Part shown: piece by piece, positions 1-9,879 of the stretch
Layout of the letters: each line of letters begins with the position of its first letter
Position numbering within the stretch: position 1 is the stretch's first letter
Assembly (NCBI GenBank): GCA_937625935.1
Contig: OW569362.1
Location: 372,001-436,000 of the forward strand
Reading direction: 5' to 3'
From: Tetramitus jugosus
Taxonomy: Eukaryota; Protista; Heterolobosea
DNA length: 64,000 nt
The notes under the pieces: generated by a model
The model's input: the letters and a program-made list of their open reading frames with translations, nothing else
What the model was told of the DNA's origin: nothing
Database searches by the model: none
Translations under genes and position numbers: made by a program

Positions 1-446
1 CTTACAATGTGAGAATAAGTGTGCCCTATTCGTATGTTGGTCCTTATTTGAAGTGTTTGAATTTTGGTGATCCTGAAGGTGTGAAAATGGAGGATCCTGT
101 TCGTGATTTGCAACTCCAACGGTTATTGCAATGCACGTGCAGTTTGTTGAATGATTCGTTGAGAACTGATTTGTGCATTACGCACAAGTCACATGAAATT
201 GCTGTTGGGTGCATTTACTTGGCTGCTCGGTTGTGTGATGTGCAATTGCCATATCAAAGACAGCACAAGGAGGTGAACAGTGGTGAGGGTGTGAGTTTAG
301 GTGACTCTGCTCTGTCTGTTGCATCTGCTTCAGCTGTAGCTGAAAGAGAATGGTATCACTTGTTTAATGTGTCAAAGGAGACACTGCGGAGCATTTCCAA
401 CGAAATCATTCAAATGTATAGTGATTATAAACAAGTTGAAAAGTAA
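1..446 (+). CDS. Transcriptional cyclin (cyclin L/K/T-like), 3' part only
   Basis: LNDSLRTDLCITHKSHEIAVGCIYLAARL...EWYHLF matches the second cyclin fold of cyclin L/K; frame open at the window start. Confidence 0.75.
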   Translation, partial: YNVRISVPYSYVGPYLKCLNFGDPEGVKMEDPVRDLQLQRLLQCTCSLLNDSLRTDLCITHKSHEIAVGCIYLAARLCDVQLPYQRQHKEVNSGEGVSLGDSALSVASASAVAEREWYHLFNVSKETLRSISNEIIQMYSDYKQVEK

Positions 447-591
447 GAATCATGATCGCACCATTTAAATTTTTCTGTTCTTGGAGCAGGGGTTGTAATT
501 TTTTATCGACAACGAAACAGAAACATCAAGGAGCAACGAAATTGAAATTTTACTACAGAAGGAAGTCAGTCAATTATCATCTGACCTTGCA

Positions 592-1182
592 TCAAGGCTT
601 CCTGAAACCCTGGAGAAGCTTGGCATTTTTTGCCTTTCTGATTTGATACTTTTTCTCACTGAAACGAGGATGATGCCTATCAAAATGTTTCCTTGCTCCT
701 TTTCCTCGGGTTAATTTGTTGTACCAGTGCGCATCTTGTCTCGAAAGAATCTTGAGTCGTGTTGCCAGCTCAATAAGAGCTTTGCTTGCTGTAGTATCGT
801 CAGGATTCTTATGTAACTGACTGAGACTTCTAAAGCACTTACTAGGAACAGTAAACATGTCATCATTTCCCCCGGTGCTGGAGCCACTACCATCTTTACC
901 ATCTTCATCACCATCGTCACTGTCATCCTCATCATCTTCGTCTTCGTCACCATCTTCCACCCCACTTCTATTCCTATCGCTCAGAAAATGTTTGATGCAT
1001 ACATTACCAACAGTCACCACATTCTGATTCTTCTTGTTAATGATGACACAATTGTCAGGACAGGTTTCACCTTGTTGTTCATAGATGGTATCCAATCTCC
1101 ATTCTTTACGAGCAGCTGACCACGAATCAGACTCGCTTGCCTCAATTATCAAGCTGACAAGAATTTGGAAGGTATGGGACAT
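592..1182 (-). CDS. Hypothetical protein with a Cys-containing N-terminal motif and an acidic linker
   Basis: 196-aa ATG ORF; W-x-x-A-x-x-E-W...C-V-I-x-N...V-G-N-x-C-I-K-H-F motif; D/E-rich linker. Confidence 0.55.
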   Translation of the reverse strand: MSHTFQILVSLIIEASESDSWSAARKEWRLDTIYEQQGETCPDNCVIINKKNQNVVTVGNVCIKHFLSDRNRSGVEDGDEDEDDEDDSDDGDEDGKDGSGSSTGGNDDMFTVPSKCFRSLSQLHKNPDDTTASKALIELATRLKILSRQDAHWYNKLTRGKGARKHFDRHHPRFSEKKYQIRKAKNAKLLQGFRKP

Positions 1183-1659
1183 TTTGATGTTTTCTGCAAT
1201 TTTAGTATTGGCATTTTCATTTTCTGTTTAAAAAAGGTTTTGTTTTTCTGGGGAGAACGAACTCACCAGAATTTGAAGGAAGGTACCTCCAAGTAATAAT
1301 AGATGAAGGAAAGTTTCTGCTCGATCAAAATCCAGTTTCTGCTCCTGCACTCAAATGAAACTCATGAACGGCTGATTGCATGTTGGTTTGGAATATTAAG
1401 GAATCTGCTTCTAAGCTCTAGTATCGGGAAATTTCAATTAATTGGCTCTCAACACATTTTATTGAGAATGATCTTCAACTTGCATTTCTGTTTGCTTTGG
1501 GTTTTTCACTTTAAACATGTTCATGCAATTTTGGTCCAAAAAAATCGCACGAGAAAATTGTTCTATCAATAGTCGAATACAACCCATGCCTGAAGTTAAT
1601 CAACTGATTTCCTGTTGAATTGTTGTGACAAAAGCAACAAATATTTCAAGTTAAGATTA

Positions 1660-2388
1660 ATGGTAGAAACAAGAGCACATGATTATGGTGATCCACCTAA
1701 AATTACACCCCATATTGTTCGTCATCATCCAAAGAAGGAAGAAGATACAACTGGTTTGAAAAAAGAAAAGTTGTTCAGCACAGAACACTTCAAGAACGAG
1801 TACTCTGCTCCAGAACTTCGTGAATCACTCCAAGAAACCATCCTACTGGGAACTGCCTATGGTCCAAGTCACAGATGGACCAGTGGTAAGCAAAATCTGT
1901 TGGATCTCAAGTATTATCAAGAAGGAGGTCGATACTTGAATCCAGAGCGAAACACTCGAGTCAAAAAGATGGTGGATGAGAGAGATGAGAAGATACAGGA
2001 GGCTTTCAAACATGAACTGGAAGAGAAGGAGGAAATGGAGGAGAGAGCTCACTATGAAACGATCCACGAAGAACATCCTCACTTTGAAGAATTGAAACAC
2101 GAACTGAGTGTGTCAGATTTGACAGAACAAGAGCTATTAGTGCTGCACCACGGATTACATTCTCCCCATGAACCCAAAGTCATTACCATAAGGGGCATTG
2201 ACTTCCCAGTGAAGATTGCTGTCAATGATTGTCGATACGTTCGAGTTCGAGGCACCAACATTATGGTTCAAAACCCAAAGAAGGAATCGAGATTTGCAAA
2301 GATGGCACGAGAGGGTAAAAAAATCACTTGGATTATTCACTCTGGAAGATGGGGTCTGATGATCGACGACCATCTACTGCGGCGTTAA
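1660..2388 (+). CDS. Hypothetical protein (E/H-rich centre, conserved-looking C-terminal QNP..S.FA.MAREG..ITW motif)
   Basis: Long ORF, first ATG at 1660, AATAAA downstream. Confidence 0.6.
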   Translation: MVETRAHDYGDPPKITPHIVRHHPKKEEDTTGLKKEKLFSTEHFKNEYSAPELRESLQETILLGTAYGPSHRWTSGKQNLLDLKYYQEGGRYLNPERNTRVKKMVDERDEKIQEAFKHELEEKEEMEERAHYETIHEEHPHFEELKHELSVSDLTEQELLVLHHGLHSPHEPKVITIRGIDFPVKIAVNDCRYVRVRGTNIMVQNPKKESRFAKMAREGKKITWIIHSGRWGLMIDDHLLRR

Positions 2389-2650
2389 CGGTCAGTGTTA
2401 TTCCGATCGAAAAACAATAAAAATTTGGTCAAGAAATTGGATTTTGTGATTTTTGATCGGATTTTGTCGGAGTTGACCGAAAGTGTAGCCCGACATCCAA
2501 AATCCAACATTTAGACTGTATTAAACATGTTTCTGGCCAGAATACAAGCTGTGGTTAAGCTACCAAAGACGTCTGGATAATTATCTCTTCAGATCCTAGA
2601 AAACCAAACAACATACCAAAGTTTAACAAACACAAAACAATAAACCAAAC

Positions 2651-3073
2651 ATGGCAAGAACTAAGCAAACTGCAAGAAAATCTACTGGAGGTAAGGCCCC
2701 AAGAAAGCAATTGTCACAAAAGGCTGCAAGAAAGTCAGCAGCCAAGACACCTTCTGCTGGTGGTTTGAAGAAGCCTCACAGATACAAGCCAGGTACAGTA
2801 GCTCTCAGAGAAATCAGACGTTACCAGAAATCGACAGAGTTGTTGATCAGAAAGGCTCCATTCCAAAGATTGGTCAGAGAAATTGCATCAGACTACAAGA
2901 CTGAACTTCGATTCCAACACTCAGCTGTCGAAGCTCTACAAGAAGCAGCTGAAGCATACATGGTTGGATTGTTCGAAGACACCAACTTGTGCTCCATCCA
3001 TGCCAAGAGAGTGACCATCATGGTCAGAGATATCGTTCTCGCAAGAAGATTGAGAGGTGATGACAAGCATTAA
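2651..3073 (+). CDS. H3: Histone H3 variant
   Basis: [20 protein letters not shown]...[28 protein letters not shown] histone fold; divergent tail and C-terminus. Confidence 0.97.
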   Translation: MARTKQTARKSTGGKAPRKQLSQKAARKSAAKTPSAGGLKKPHRYKPGTVALREIRRYQKSTELLIRKAPFQRLVREIASDYKTELRFQHSAVEALQEAAEAYMVGLFEDTNLCSIHAKRVTIMVRDIVLARRLRGDDKH

Positions 3074-3403
3074 GAAAGGATGGTTGTAAAAGTTGAACAG
3101 GGAGCTACCAATTCGAGAGCTCTAGAGGCAATTGCTTGGAAAATTTAGATAGGCTTGGGTCAGAGAATGACCCAACAATGATTCATCGAGTTCAGAGTGA
3201 TGAATCTTGTAAGATATACACCTTTTGTTAACAGATAGTATAGAATATAACTAGAATTCAATAAAAGAATGATCAAACTACTTACTCTTTGTAATGTTGC
3301 TTGCGCCGTCAGTTAAAACTACGATTATCCTCTCCTCAAATGCTGACGCGGAAGAAAACGTTCTTGGAGAAACTCACACGCGTCGTCAAGGTTTTCAATA
3401 GCT

Positions 3404-3817
3404 ATGAAATCAGACAACCTATTCGTCAATGACCTGAACCAATCACTGGACACCATTGTTTTTCATCGAGGGAGCCCAAGCCTCATTGGAGGATTGAGAG
3501 CTCGACTGGCAGGTACACGATACAGAATCACCTCAATCGGAATAGAGATTCAAGTAAGAAAATGGTTCAACCGAAGAAAAAGAGTCGATCACATTGATTT
3601 GGTTGATATCGAACATGTTTCTTTTCAAACTTCACGAATAGGAAACTACTGCTGTTGTTGCTGTTCAACAAGAGGAACAATGAAGATTGTTTTGGATCCG
3701 TTGGACGTCAGAGGCACATTTCTACTGCATGGTATCAGCATTGACACTTATCAAGCGGTTTCTCAAATTGTGCGTGAGAGTCGGTCTCAAACTCACTTTA
3801 GTACAGTACCTCTGTGA
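3404..3817 (+). CDS. Hypothetical small protein, possible PH-like beta fold with a Cys cluster
   Basis: 137-aa ORF; TRYRITS.GI...IDL.DIEHV...GTM.I pattern resembles bPH_2-like domains; CCCCC run may be palmitoylated. Confidence 0.45.
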   Translation: MKSDNLFVNDLNQSLDTIVFHRGSPSLIGGLRARLAGTRYRITSIGIEIQVRKWFNRRKRVDHIDLVDIEHVSFQTSRIGNYCCCCCSTRGTMKIVLDPLDVRGTFLLHGISIDTYQAVSQIVRESRSQTHFSTVPL

Positions 3818-4073
3818 GATATCAAGAGACACCAAAATTCCTTTGAAAGCTACAACCAAAATTTGTCGACAACAACACTCAGAAGAAATATGTACACCAT
3901 TCGTTTTTTTATTTTTTTGGGTCGCGCAACAACAAAAAGCTTCTATTGAGCAATGATGCCACAAACGTTATGATAAAAAAAAACTGTCATTCATTCATGC
4001 AGTTCATCCATCACATGTTTGCAACAACAAAACAAGATCATCATGAAAAATGATTCACAGTGTCTTTTTTTGT

Positions 4074-4259
4074 TTACTTTTTGCTTCCTCCCTTGATCTT
4101 TGCTTCAGTGAACAGCACGTGTCTTCGTATTATGGGATCATACTTGTTGAAAGCTAATTTTCTCTGTGTTCGTTGAGTATTCTTCTCTGTTGTGTAGAAG
4201 AAGCCTGTTCTGGCTGAGCTGATGAGTTTGATGAGGATGGTCTTCTTTTTTCTTGCCAT
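4074..4259 (-). CDS. MRPL33: Mitochondrial ribosomal protein bL33
   Basis: IKLISSARTGFFYTTEKN...KLAFNKYDPIIRRHVLFTEAK is the L33 signature. Confidence 0.95.
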   Translation of the reverse strand: MARKKKTILIKLISSARTGFFYTTEKNTQRTQRKLAFNKYDPIIRRHVLFTEAKIKGGSKK

Positions 4260-4530
4260 TGTTGTTGTCTATTATTATTATTGCTTGCAATTCGTTCTTC
4301 TGCAAAGAGCTTTTGAGATGGGGATGTTTGTGTGGAAAAAATGCTGTCGCGCAATTAATCGGAGTAAGAACCAACGGAGAAAATGATTTTTTCATTATTC
4401 ACCCGCACCACCAAAGATCTGCCAAGTCATTGGTTCTCAAATCCAGAACCCAACCCGTGTTCCAAACACCTTTAACAACTGAGCCACACGAACACAAAAA
4501 TCGAAAAAACCAACAAGCAAATCAACAACC

Positions 4531-5391
4531 ATGAGTGAGACTGAACAACAACAAGACTTCAAATCCTATTTATTAGCTCAAAGACAACAATACGAGATTG
4601 ATCAAGCAAGGAAAAGAGTCATGTCCGAAGTCGAACAAGACATGACCTATCCACATTGTCTGGACGATGATGAAGACAAGGGAAAATTGTGTTTCTACAC
4701 TGAGAGCGATTTGAATGATTCCATTCGTACCGTTATGCAAGAATTGGAAAAGAATTTTGAGACGATTCGCAGTGAACTCAACAACATTTGTCAAAACGAT
4801 TTTATGAAATGGGTAGAAACGATTTGTAAGGACGGTTGGACCGTTTTTGGTCTCTACGGATTTGGCCGAAAACTACCGGAGAATACGGTTAAATGTCCGA
4901 AAACTACGCTTTTGATTGAAGAGCTTTTTGAGCGGTTGGGTTTGGAAATTACGACGGCGGGTTTTTCTTCGTTGCATCCAGGAACTTATATTAGTCCTCA
5001 TCGTGGTTATGAAGGTTATTCTGACAATGTTCTCAGATTGCATTTGGGATTGGTGGTGCCAGATGACAAGTGTGGAATACGTGTGGGTAATCAGAAGCGT
5101 AGATGGCACGAAGGCAAGTGTCTCGTGTTTGATGATTTCATAACGCATGAGGCGTGGAACTTTGGAGAGACGACACGAATTAATTTATTGCTCGATATCA
5201 AGTACACGGAGAAGGATTACATGGTGAAGAGGCGTCTCTTGTTGGAGCAACAGGGTTCGAGTGGTGCTAACAATAATGAGAGCTCTTCTGTGGATGATGC
5301 CAACAATAGTAATGATATCGATTGTCGAACTGCAAACTTTAGTGCTGGACTCAAGGGAGTTCTCGATCATATTGACAAGACTCATGAATAG
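4531..5391 (+). CDS. Aspartyl/asparaginyl beta-hydroxylase family 2OG-Fe(II) dioxygenase
   Basis: CPKT...FSSLHPGTYISPHRG...LRLHLGLVVP...WHEGKCLVFDDFITHEAWN...RINLLLD. Confidence 0.9.
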   Translation: MSETEQQQDFKSYLLAQRQQYEIDQARKRVMSEVEQDMTYPHCLDDDEDKGKLCFYTESDLNDSIRTVMQELEKNFETIRSELNNICQNDFMKWVETICKDGWTVFGLYGFGRKLPENTVKCPKTTLLIEELFERLGLEITTAGFSSLHPGTYISPHRGYEGYSDNVLRLHLGLVVPDDKCGIRVGNQKRRWHEGKCLVFDDFITHEAWNFGETTRINLLLDIKYTEKDYMVKRRLLLEQQGSSGANNNESSSVDDANNSNDIDCRTANFSAGLKGVLDHIDKTHE

Positions 5392-5568
5392 TGAATGTGA
5401 TAGTTCCTGTGTGGTGCGCATCATTTCACAAACTTTTCATTCTCTAATTATAATTTTTATTACTATTGTCAAGTGATCCATCAGCAATAGTTGTCTGGAC
5501 TCGCAGTGTATTTGTATGGAACGGGTGTATTTGAATAAAATTGAATGCAAGTTCTAACAGTGTTTTAT

Positions 5569-6216
5569 TTACTTCTTTTGGAATACGAGGGTAAAGTTGT
5601 TGGCAGGCATGGCAACTCTTTCAATGAGCTCCAATTGATTCTTGTTTGCTTCTTCTTCCACTTGAGAGATATCTCTGATGCCCCATCTGGCATCTCGAGA
5701 CAACAATGACTGATGGAATTGCTCATTGCTTTCTGAAGTGAACTTTCCATCGACATTATACGGTCCATATGTGAACAAGTATTGCCCTGATTGCAACAAC
5801 TCTCCAGCGCCCTTCATTAATCCTTGAGTGCACTCGTATGGAGAAATGTGAATCATATTAATGTTCACCATTGCACACACGTCATCAGAAGAGGGAACAT
5901 TTGGTTGTTTCCACCATTGTTCACTGCCTACATTGACCAATAGTGGAGGTAGCTTGACATTAGTGCATTGACCATCTCTGACATAGGCTTCAATCGACTC
6001 AAAAGAACCAGAGTCGTATTCACTGGGTTGGAATGTGAGATCAGGAAAGGCTTGAGCAAAGTGAACACAATGTTGACCAGATCCGGATGAGATCTCAAGA
6101 ACAGTCGTGGCTCTCTTATTTCTTGAAAAGAATTCACTTGTGAGGTACTTGCGAAGAACTTGGACGATTGGTTCCTTGTTGCGCTCAGCGGCAGCAGAGT
6201 AAAGCTTGCTTGTCAT
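5569..6216 (-). CDS. METTL26: DUF938/METTL26 SAM-dependent methyltransferase
   Basis: SAAAERNKEPI, VLEISSGSGQH, NMIHISP, YGPY...TSESNEQFHQSL...WGIRD, MPANN; likely ATG at 6216. Confidence 0.92.
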   Translation of the reverse strand: MTSKLYSAAAERNKEPIVQVLRKYLTSEFFSRNKRATTVLEISSGSGQHCVHFAQAFPDLTFQPSEYDSGSFESIEAYVRDGQCTNVKLPPLLVNVGSEQWWKQPNVPSSDDVCAMVNINMIHISPYECTQGLMKGAGELLQSGQYLFTYGPYNVDGKFTSESNEQFHQSLLSRDARWGIRDISQVEEEANKNQLELIERVAMPANNFTLVFQKK

Positions 6217-6317
6217 TTTTTTGAATGGGGTGTTTGTTTTGATTAGGCGATCAAAAACAACCTTGGTGTCACATCCAATTTGTGTTCGTTTGGTTGCGAA
6301 ACTTCCATTTTTCCTCA

Positions 6318-7223
6318 TTAGATGAGACCAGAGAAATCATCTTCTTCTTCCATGATGAGATCATCCAGGATGTCAGCAGCCGAGTTGCTTTCCATGACCT
6401 TGGCATTCCGTCTCTTCATTGGTGTTTCCATGGGAAAGGCAATGCTACTTGCACTCGTGGATCGCATTGAAGAGTGAGACCTCGATGATGATGCTGCCTG
6501 TGAGGAACGAGATTGACTGTTCGAGCTTGAAGATAGCGACCTGCGCAAGTTCTTCTCCCGTTCATGGCTCTCCTCAAGTTCCTTCTTGAGCTTCTCATTC
6601 TCATTCTTTAGTTCCTTTATTTCATCGTGCTTTTGACGAATGTGAACCTTTTTGCTGTTCATCACGTGCATAAATCCAGAGTACAACTGCCTTTCTAGTT
6701 CTTCCTTTTGTTGAATTGCTCGCTGAGAGAGCTGCATAAATTCATCTCTCTGTTTTGCTTTCAATTCCAGCGATTGATTCAATCGCTTCAATTTCTCATT
6801 CTGTTCCCAGAGATCCATGAACAAACTCACGTGAACTGCACCAGAGTCTTTTGCTCTTGTTAATGGAATCTGACCTGCAGTGTACTCTCCATGTTCAAGC
6901 ACAGATTTGATGCTAAACAGGAGCACATCACCACCACCAGTATCATCCATCTGTTGTTGCCTCGAAGCATTCTTGTTGTTCAAGTGTGTTACACCAAATG
7001 CAAAGCTATTATTCTTGTCCAGAGTCATGAGAGCTTGCTTGAGCAGTTGTGTGTGCTGAGAAATTTCAACACTCTTGCTTTTGATGTCATTCAGGCAGGA
7101 TCGGCCAAAGTAGGCAGCAGAGCCATCACTAATACAGAGTTCAAAGTTGTCCTCTGTTGTGAAAACACAACGAAGGATATAGGTCCGACTGTTGATACAT
7201 AGGAGATTGGTATTGGATTCCAT
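6318..7223 (-). CDS. XRCC4: XRCC4-like NHEJ protein
   Basis: Beta-rich head (FELCISDG) followed by a coiled coil containing LYSGFMHVMNSKKVHIR, matching the XRCC4 ligase-IV-binding motif LYxxFxxVLNxKKxKIR; likely ATG at 7223. Confidence 0.8.
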   Translation of the reverse strand: MESNTNLLCINSRTYILRCVFTTEDNFELCISDGSAAYFGRSCLNDIKSKSVEISQHTQLLKQALMTLDKNNSFAFGVTHLNNKNASRQQQMDDTGGGDVLLFSIKSVLEHGEYTAGQIPLTRAKDSGAVHVSLFMDLWEQNEKLKRLNQSLELKAKQRDEFMQLSQRAIQQKEELERQLYSGFMHVMNSKKVHIRQKHDEIKELKNENEKLKKELEESHEREKNLRRSLSSSSNSQSRSSQAASSSRSHSSMRSTSASSIAFPMETPMKRRNAKVMESNSAADILDDLIMEEEDDFSGLI

Positions 7224-7284
7224 TGCGTTTTTGTCGATGTTCAAGTTTTGGTTGGAAAATCGAGGAGAAAAGAGATCAAAAGTG

Positions 7285-7357
7285 TGCCGAAAGCGTGGAT
7301 CGAACACGCGACCTTAAGATCTTCAGTCTCACGCTCTCCCAACTGAGCTATTTCGGC
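7285..7357 (-). tRNA. trnF: tRNA-Phe(GAA)
   Basis: Reverse complement GCCGAAATAGCTCAGTTGGGAGAGCGTGAGACTGAAGATCTTAAGGTCGCGTGTTCGATCCACGCTTTCGGCA forms a cloverleaf with GAA anticodon and A/B boxes, followed by TTTT. Confidence 0.97.
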
Positions 7358-7403
7358 TCCATACTTTAGGAACCCGATGTTTTGAGTAAAAATATATATG
7401 GCG

Positions 7404-8802
7404 AGGTTTCGAGCATAGGAAAGCGACTTGTGAAGCACGAATCAGTCGCAATGAAGCGATACCCCAGTGAGTTATTCTATGTAGGCCCAGAATGGGGCTC
7501 TATCGGTCTTGAGAACTTCTCTGAAGCAGTAACGATTCGCACTGCATTGTTTGTGAAGGCTATGATGAGAGGGAAGAGAGATGAGGATGCTAGGATTCTG
7601 TGGTACGACTCACTTGAGTATATCAAGCAACAATACACGTTCCAATTGGAGAACGTCTTCCAATCGGACCACAGAATCAACTGCGTCAAACACTCCTTTA
7701 TGAAATGGTGCGCTGTTAGATTGCACAAGAGAGGAATTATCATCACTGACGACTCTCATAGTCGTTGCGAGGGGTGTAATTTGTCAAATTACCTAACAAC
7801 ACGACAATTGAGGTTACTGAGCAGAGCGGGACTCTATCAGAAGCAACAACTACTGCAAGATGGCGAAGTTAGAAGTTTCGAGGCACTAAAAACTGAGATT
7901 GGAAGAGGATTCGGCCTAAAGACTTATCAGGAGTTGATACTCACTGTCAAGGCAATGCCAGAATGTATGAGTAAGGATTTACATCCCTCAAAGGGGTTTA
8001 TGCAAATAATCCGATGTAATGGACAATATGCCAGAGGCCGAGATGACCTTAAAGAAATGCTCTTCAGGGAACGAAAGGCCACAATTGATCGATATCCAGA
8101 ATGGTGGTTGCAAACTGCCGCAATGGAGCACAAGAACCAATTCGAGTTTCTCAAGAACCCCTTTGTGATAGATCGTCAATTGGAATGGTTCCATGCACAG
8201 ATCAGAAGCGGCACATTACATACTAGATCAGTGTGTAATGATTTGTATGATGATGACAAACCGGATCAGTGTCCAAGGTGCGGCACTGAGTCCGAAACCA
8301 TCATTCACTGTCTGATCAGGTGCAAGTGTGCAATCGATGCTCGTCGAAAACTTGTGTTGGAAGTTTATAACAAACTGCTCAGACTCCCATTGCATCGAGG
8401 GTCGACTGTGAATCTTTGGTTTGACAAGGTGGTGTTCAGAAACGGGGTACTTTTCCCGAGATCCCGGAAGACCAGTCGGGAGTACCTCTCGGGAATGGTG
8501 GGCATTGAGAGTGAAGCTCTTGACGAAGTTATCGATGCATTGGTGAAGAATGGAATGAAGTTAGAACTAGCCCATCGCAAGGCACGAAGCTTTGTTAGTT
8601 GGGTAAAGAGTCGCTGCATCGTTACTTTGCACAAACTCTACCAGCAATCAAAAGACTACAAACAGCAGTAACGCTCTCCGAGCGTTACTGAAAGGAAAGA
8701 TAAGCGCCGCTCTTCGAGCGGCACGGTGAGAATAAGAGAAACGATTTGAAAGAATGATACACAATAAATTGAGCAACTACGTGTTGTATTAAAAAAAAAA
8801 AA
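7404..8802 (+). mobile_element. 5'-truncated non-LTR retrotransposon (L1/TRE-like), copy 1
   Basis: Open frame to 8671 with zf-RVT CCHC motif CPRCGTESETIIHCLIRC; 3'UTR hairpins, AATAAA, A12 tail at 8791-8802; flanked by AAAAAT(A/G)TATATGGCG at 7388-7403 and 8798-8813. Confidence 0.88.
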
Positions 8803-8822
8803 TGTATATGGCGCATACCGGA

Positions 8823-9560
8823 CGAGAGCAGAGAGCAAATACAGTTGCGAATGGAGCATGAGAGACTCTGCAGGATTAAAGAGATTGGTGGTCTGTGGTG
8901 GTTACAAGTTGAAGCAATGGATGGTGGGGTGGACTTTAGTTTTCTAAAGTACCCCCACAAGATTGACAGAAAGCTGGAGTGGTTCTATGCACAAGTGCGC
9001 AGTGGTACTTTGCACACTCGAGAAGTCATGAGGGTATTGTATGGAAAAAATGAAGCTCCAACAGTGTGTGAAAGATGTAACAAGGAGTCAGAGACTATTC
9101 TACATTGTCTCATTCGCTGTCCACGAGCCATATTGACCGTAGGTCTGGAAGTCCACCCAAAACACAAGATAGACCTATGGTTCGACTCTGTGTGTTGGAA
9201 AGGAGGTAAGATGAGTGTGCAACCAAACCGAAAATTGAGCAAAGAGTTCCTCCTAGGTATGATGGGTGTAGAGAAGGAAGCAGTGGATCAAATTATGAGA
9301 GGGATGAGGAAGAACGGAATCAAGAAAGATATTGCGGAAAAGAGAGCCAGAACATTTGTGAACAAGGTGAAAAGGAGGTGCGTCGAAACCCTTCACCAAT
9401 TGTACACCTCCTATAAGGAAGGAACAAAACAATGACGCCCTACGGGCACCATTGTTAGAATTAAGAAGTAATGGAGGAGATAACGCTCTTTGAGCGTTAT
9501 CCATTGTAAATATTCAGAAAATAAAAGAGCAACCAGTTGGTTGTATTTAAAAAAAAAAAA
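8823..9560 (+). mobile_element. 5'-truncated non-LTR retrotransposon, copy 2 (diverged subfamily)
   Basis: ORF to 9435 homologous to copy 1 (IDRKLEWFYAQVRSGTLHTR, CERCNKESETILHCLIRC); A12 tail at 9549-9560; perfect 16-bp TSD TATGGCGCATACCGGA at 8807-8822 and 9561-9576. Confidence 0.88.
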
Positions 9561-9576
9561 TATGGCGCATACCGGA

Positions 9577-9770
9577 GAGTACCTCATGGGAACGATGGAT
9601 TAGAGAGCGACGCTGTCTAAGATGACGTATACACTGATGAAAAATGGGATGAAACAAGAAGTAGCGCAGCAAAAGGTCCGTAGTTTTGTGTGCTGGGTGA
9701 AGAGTCGCTGCATCACAACGCTGCACAGACTCTACCAGCAATCAAAGGACTGCAAACAGTAGTAACGCTG
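9577..9770 (+). mobile_element. Degenerate 3' fragment of the same retrotransposon family, copy 3
   Basis: Clear nucleotide similarity to 8478-8675 (e.g. AAGAGTCGCTGCATC, ACTCTACCAGCAATCAAA); frameshifts and stops. Confidence 0.8.
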
Positions 9771-9879
9771 CGAGTGCCACAATGACCGAAACCATTAACG
9801 AACTCTTCATTGATGGAGTCCGAACAGTGGATATCCAAGACACATCTGGGGAATTTCCACCTACGAAAAAGAGAAAGGA

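Noticed and set aside
7224-7438. ORF extensions overlapping tRNA-Phe (6318-7307 N-terminus, 7241-7438)
   Set aside because: Non-ATG starts running through the tRNA gene; spurious.
7382-8671. 429-aa ORF as a stand-alone host gene
   Set aside because: Starts at a non-ATG codon in the target site; it is the truncated 3' end of a LINE ORF2 with poly(A) and TSD.
8666-8722. Hairpins as bacterial rho-independent terminators (contamination)
   Set aside because: No U-tracts; they lie in a LINE 3'UTR within intron-containing eukaryotic context.
7388-9576. Repeated TATGGCG(CATACCGGA) as a CRISPR-like or regulatory repeat array
   Set aside because: Spacing of 0.75-1.4 kb and position right after poly(A) tails identify them as target-site duplications.
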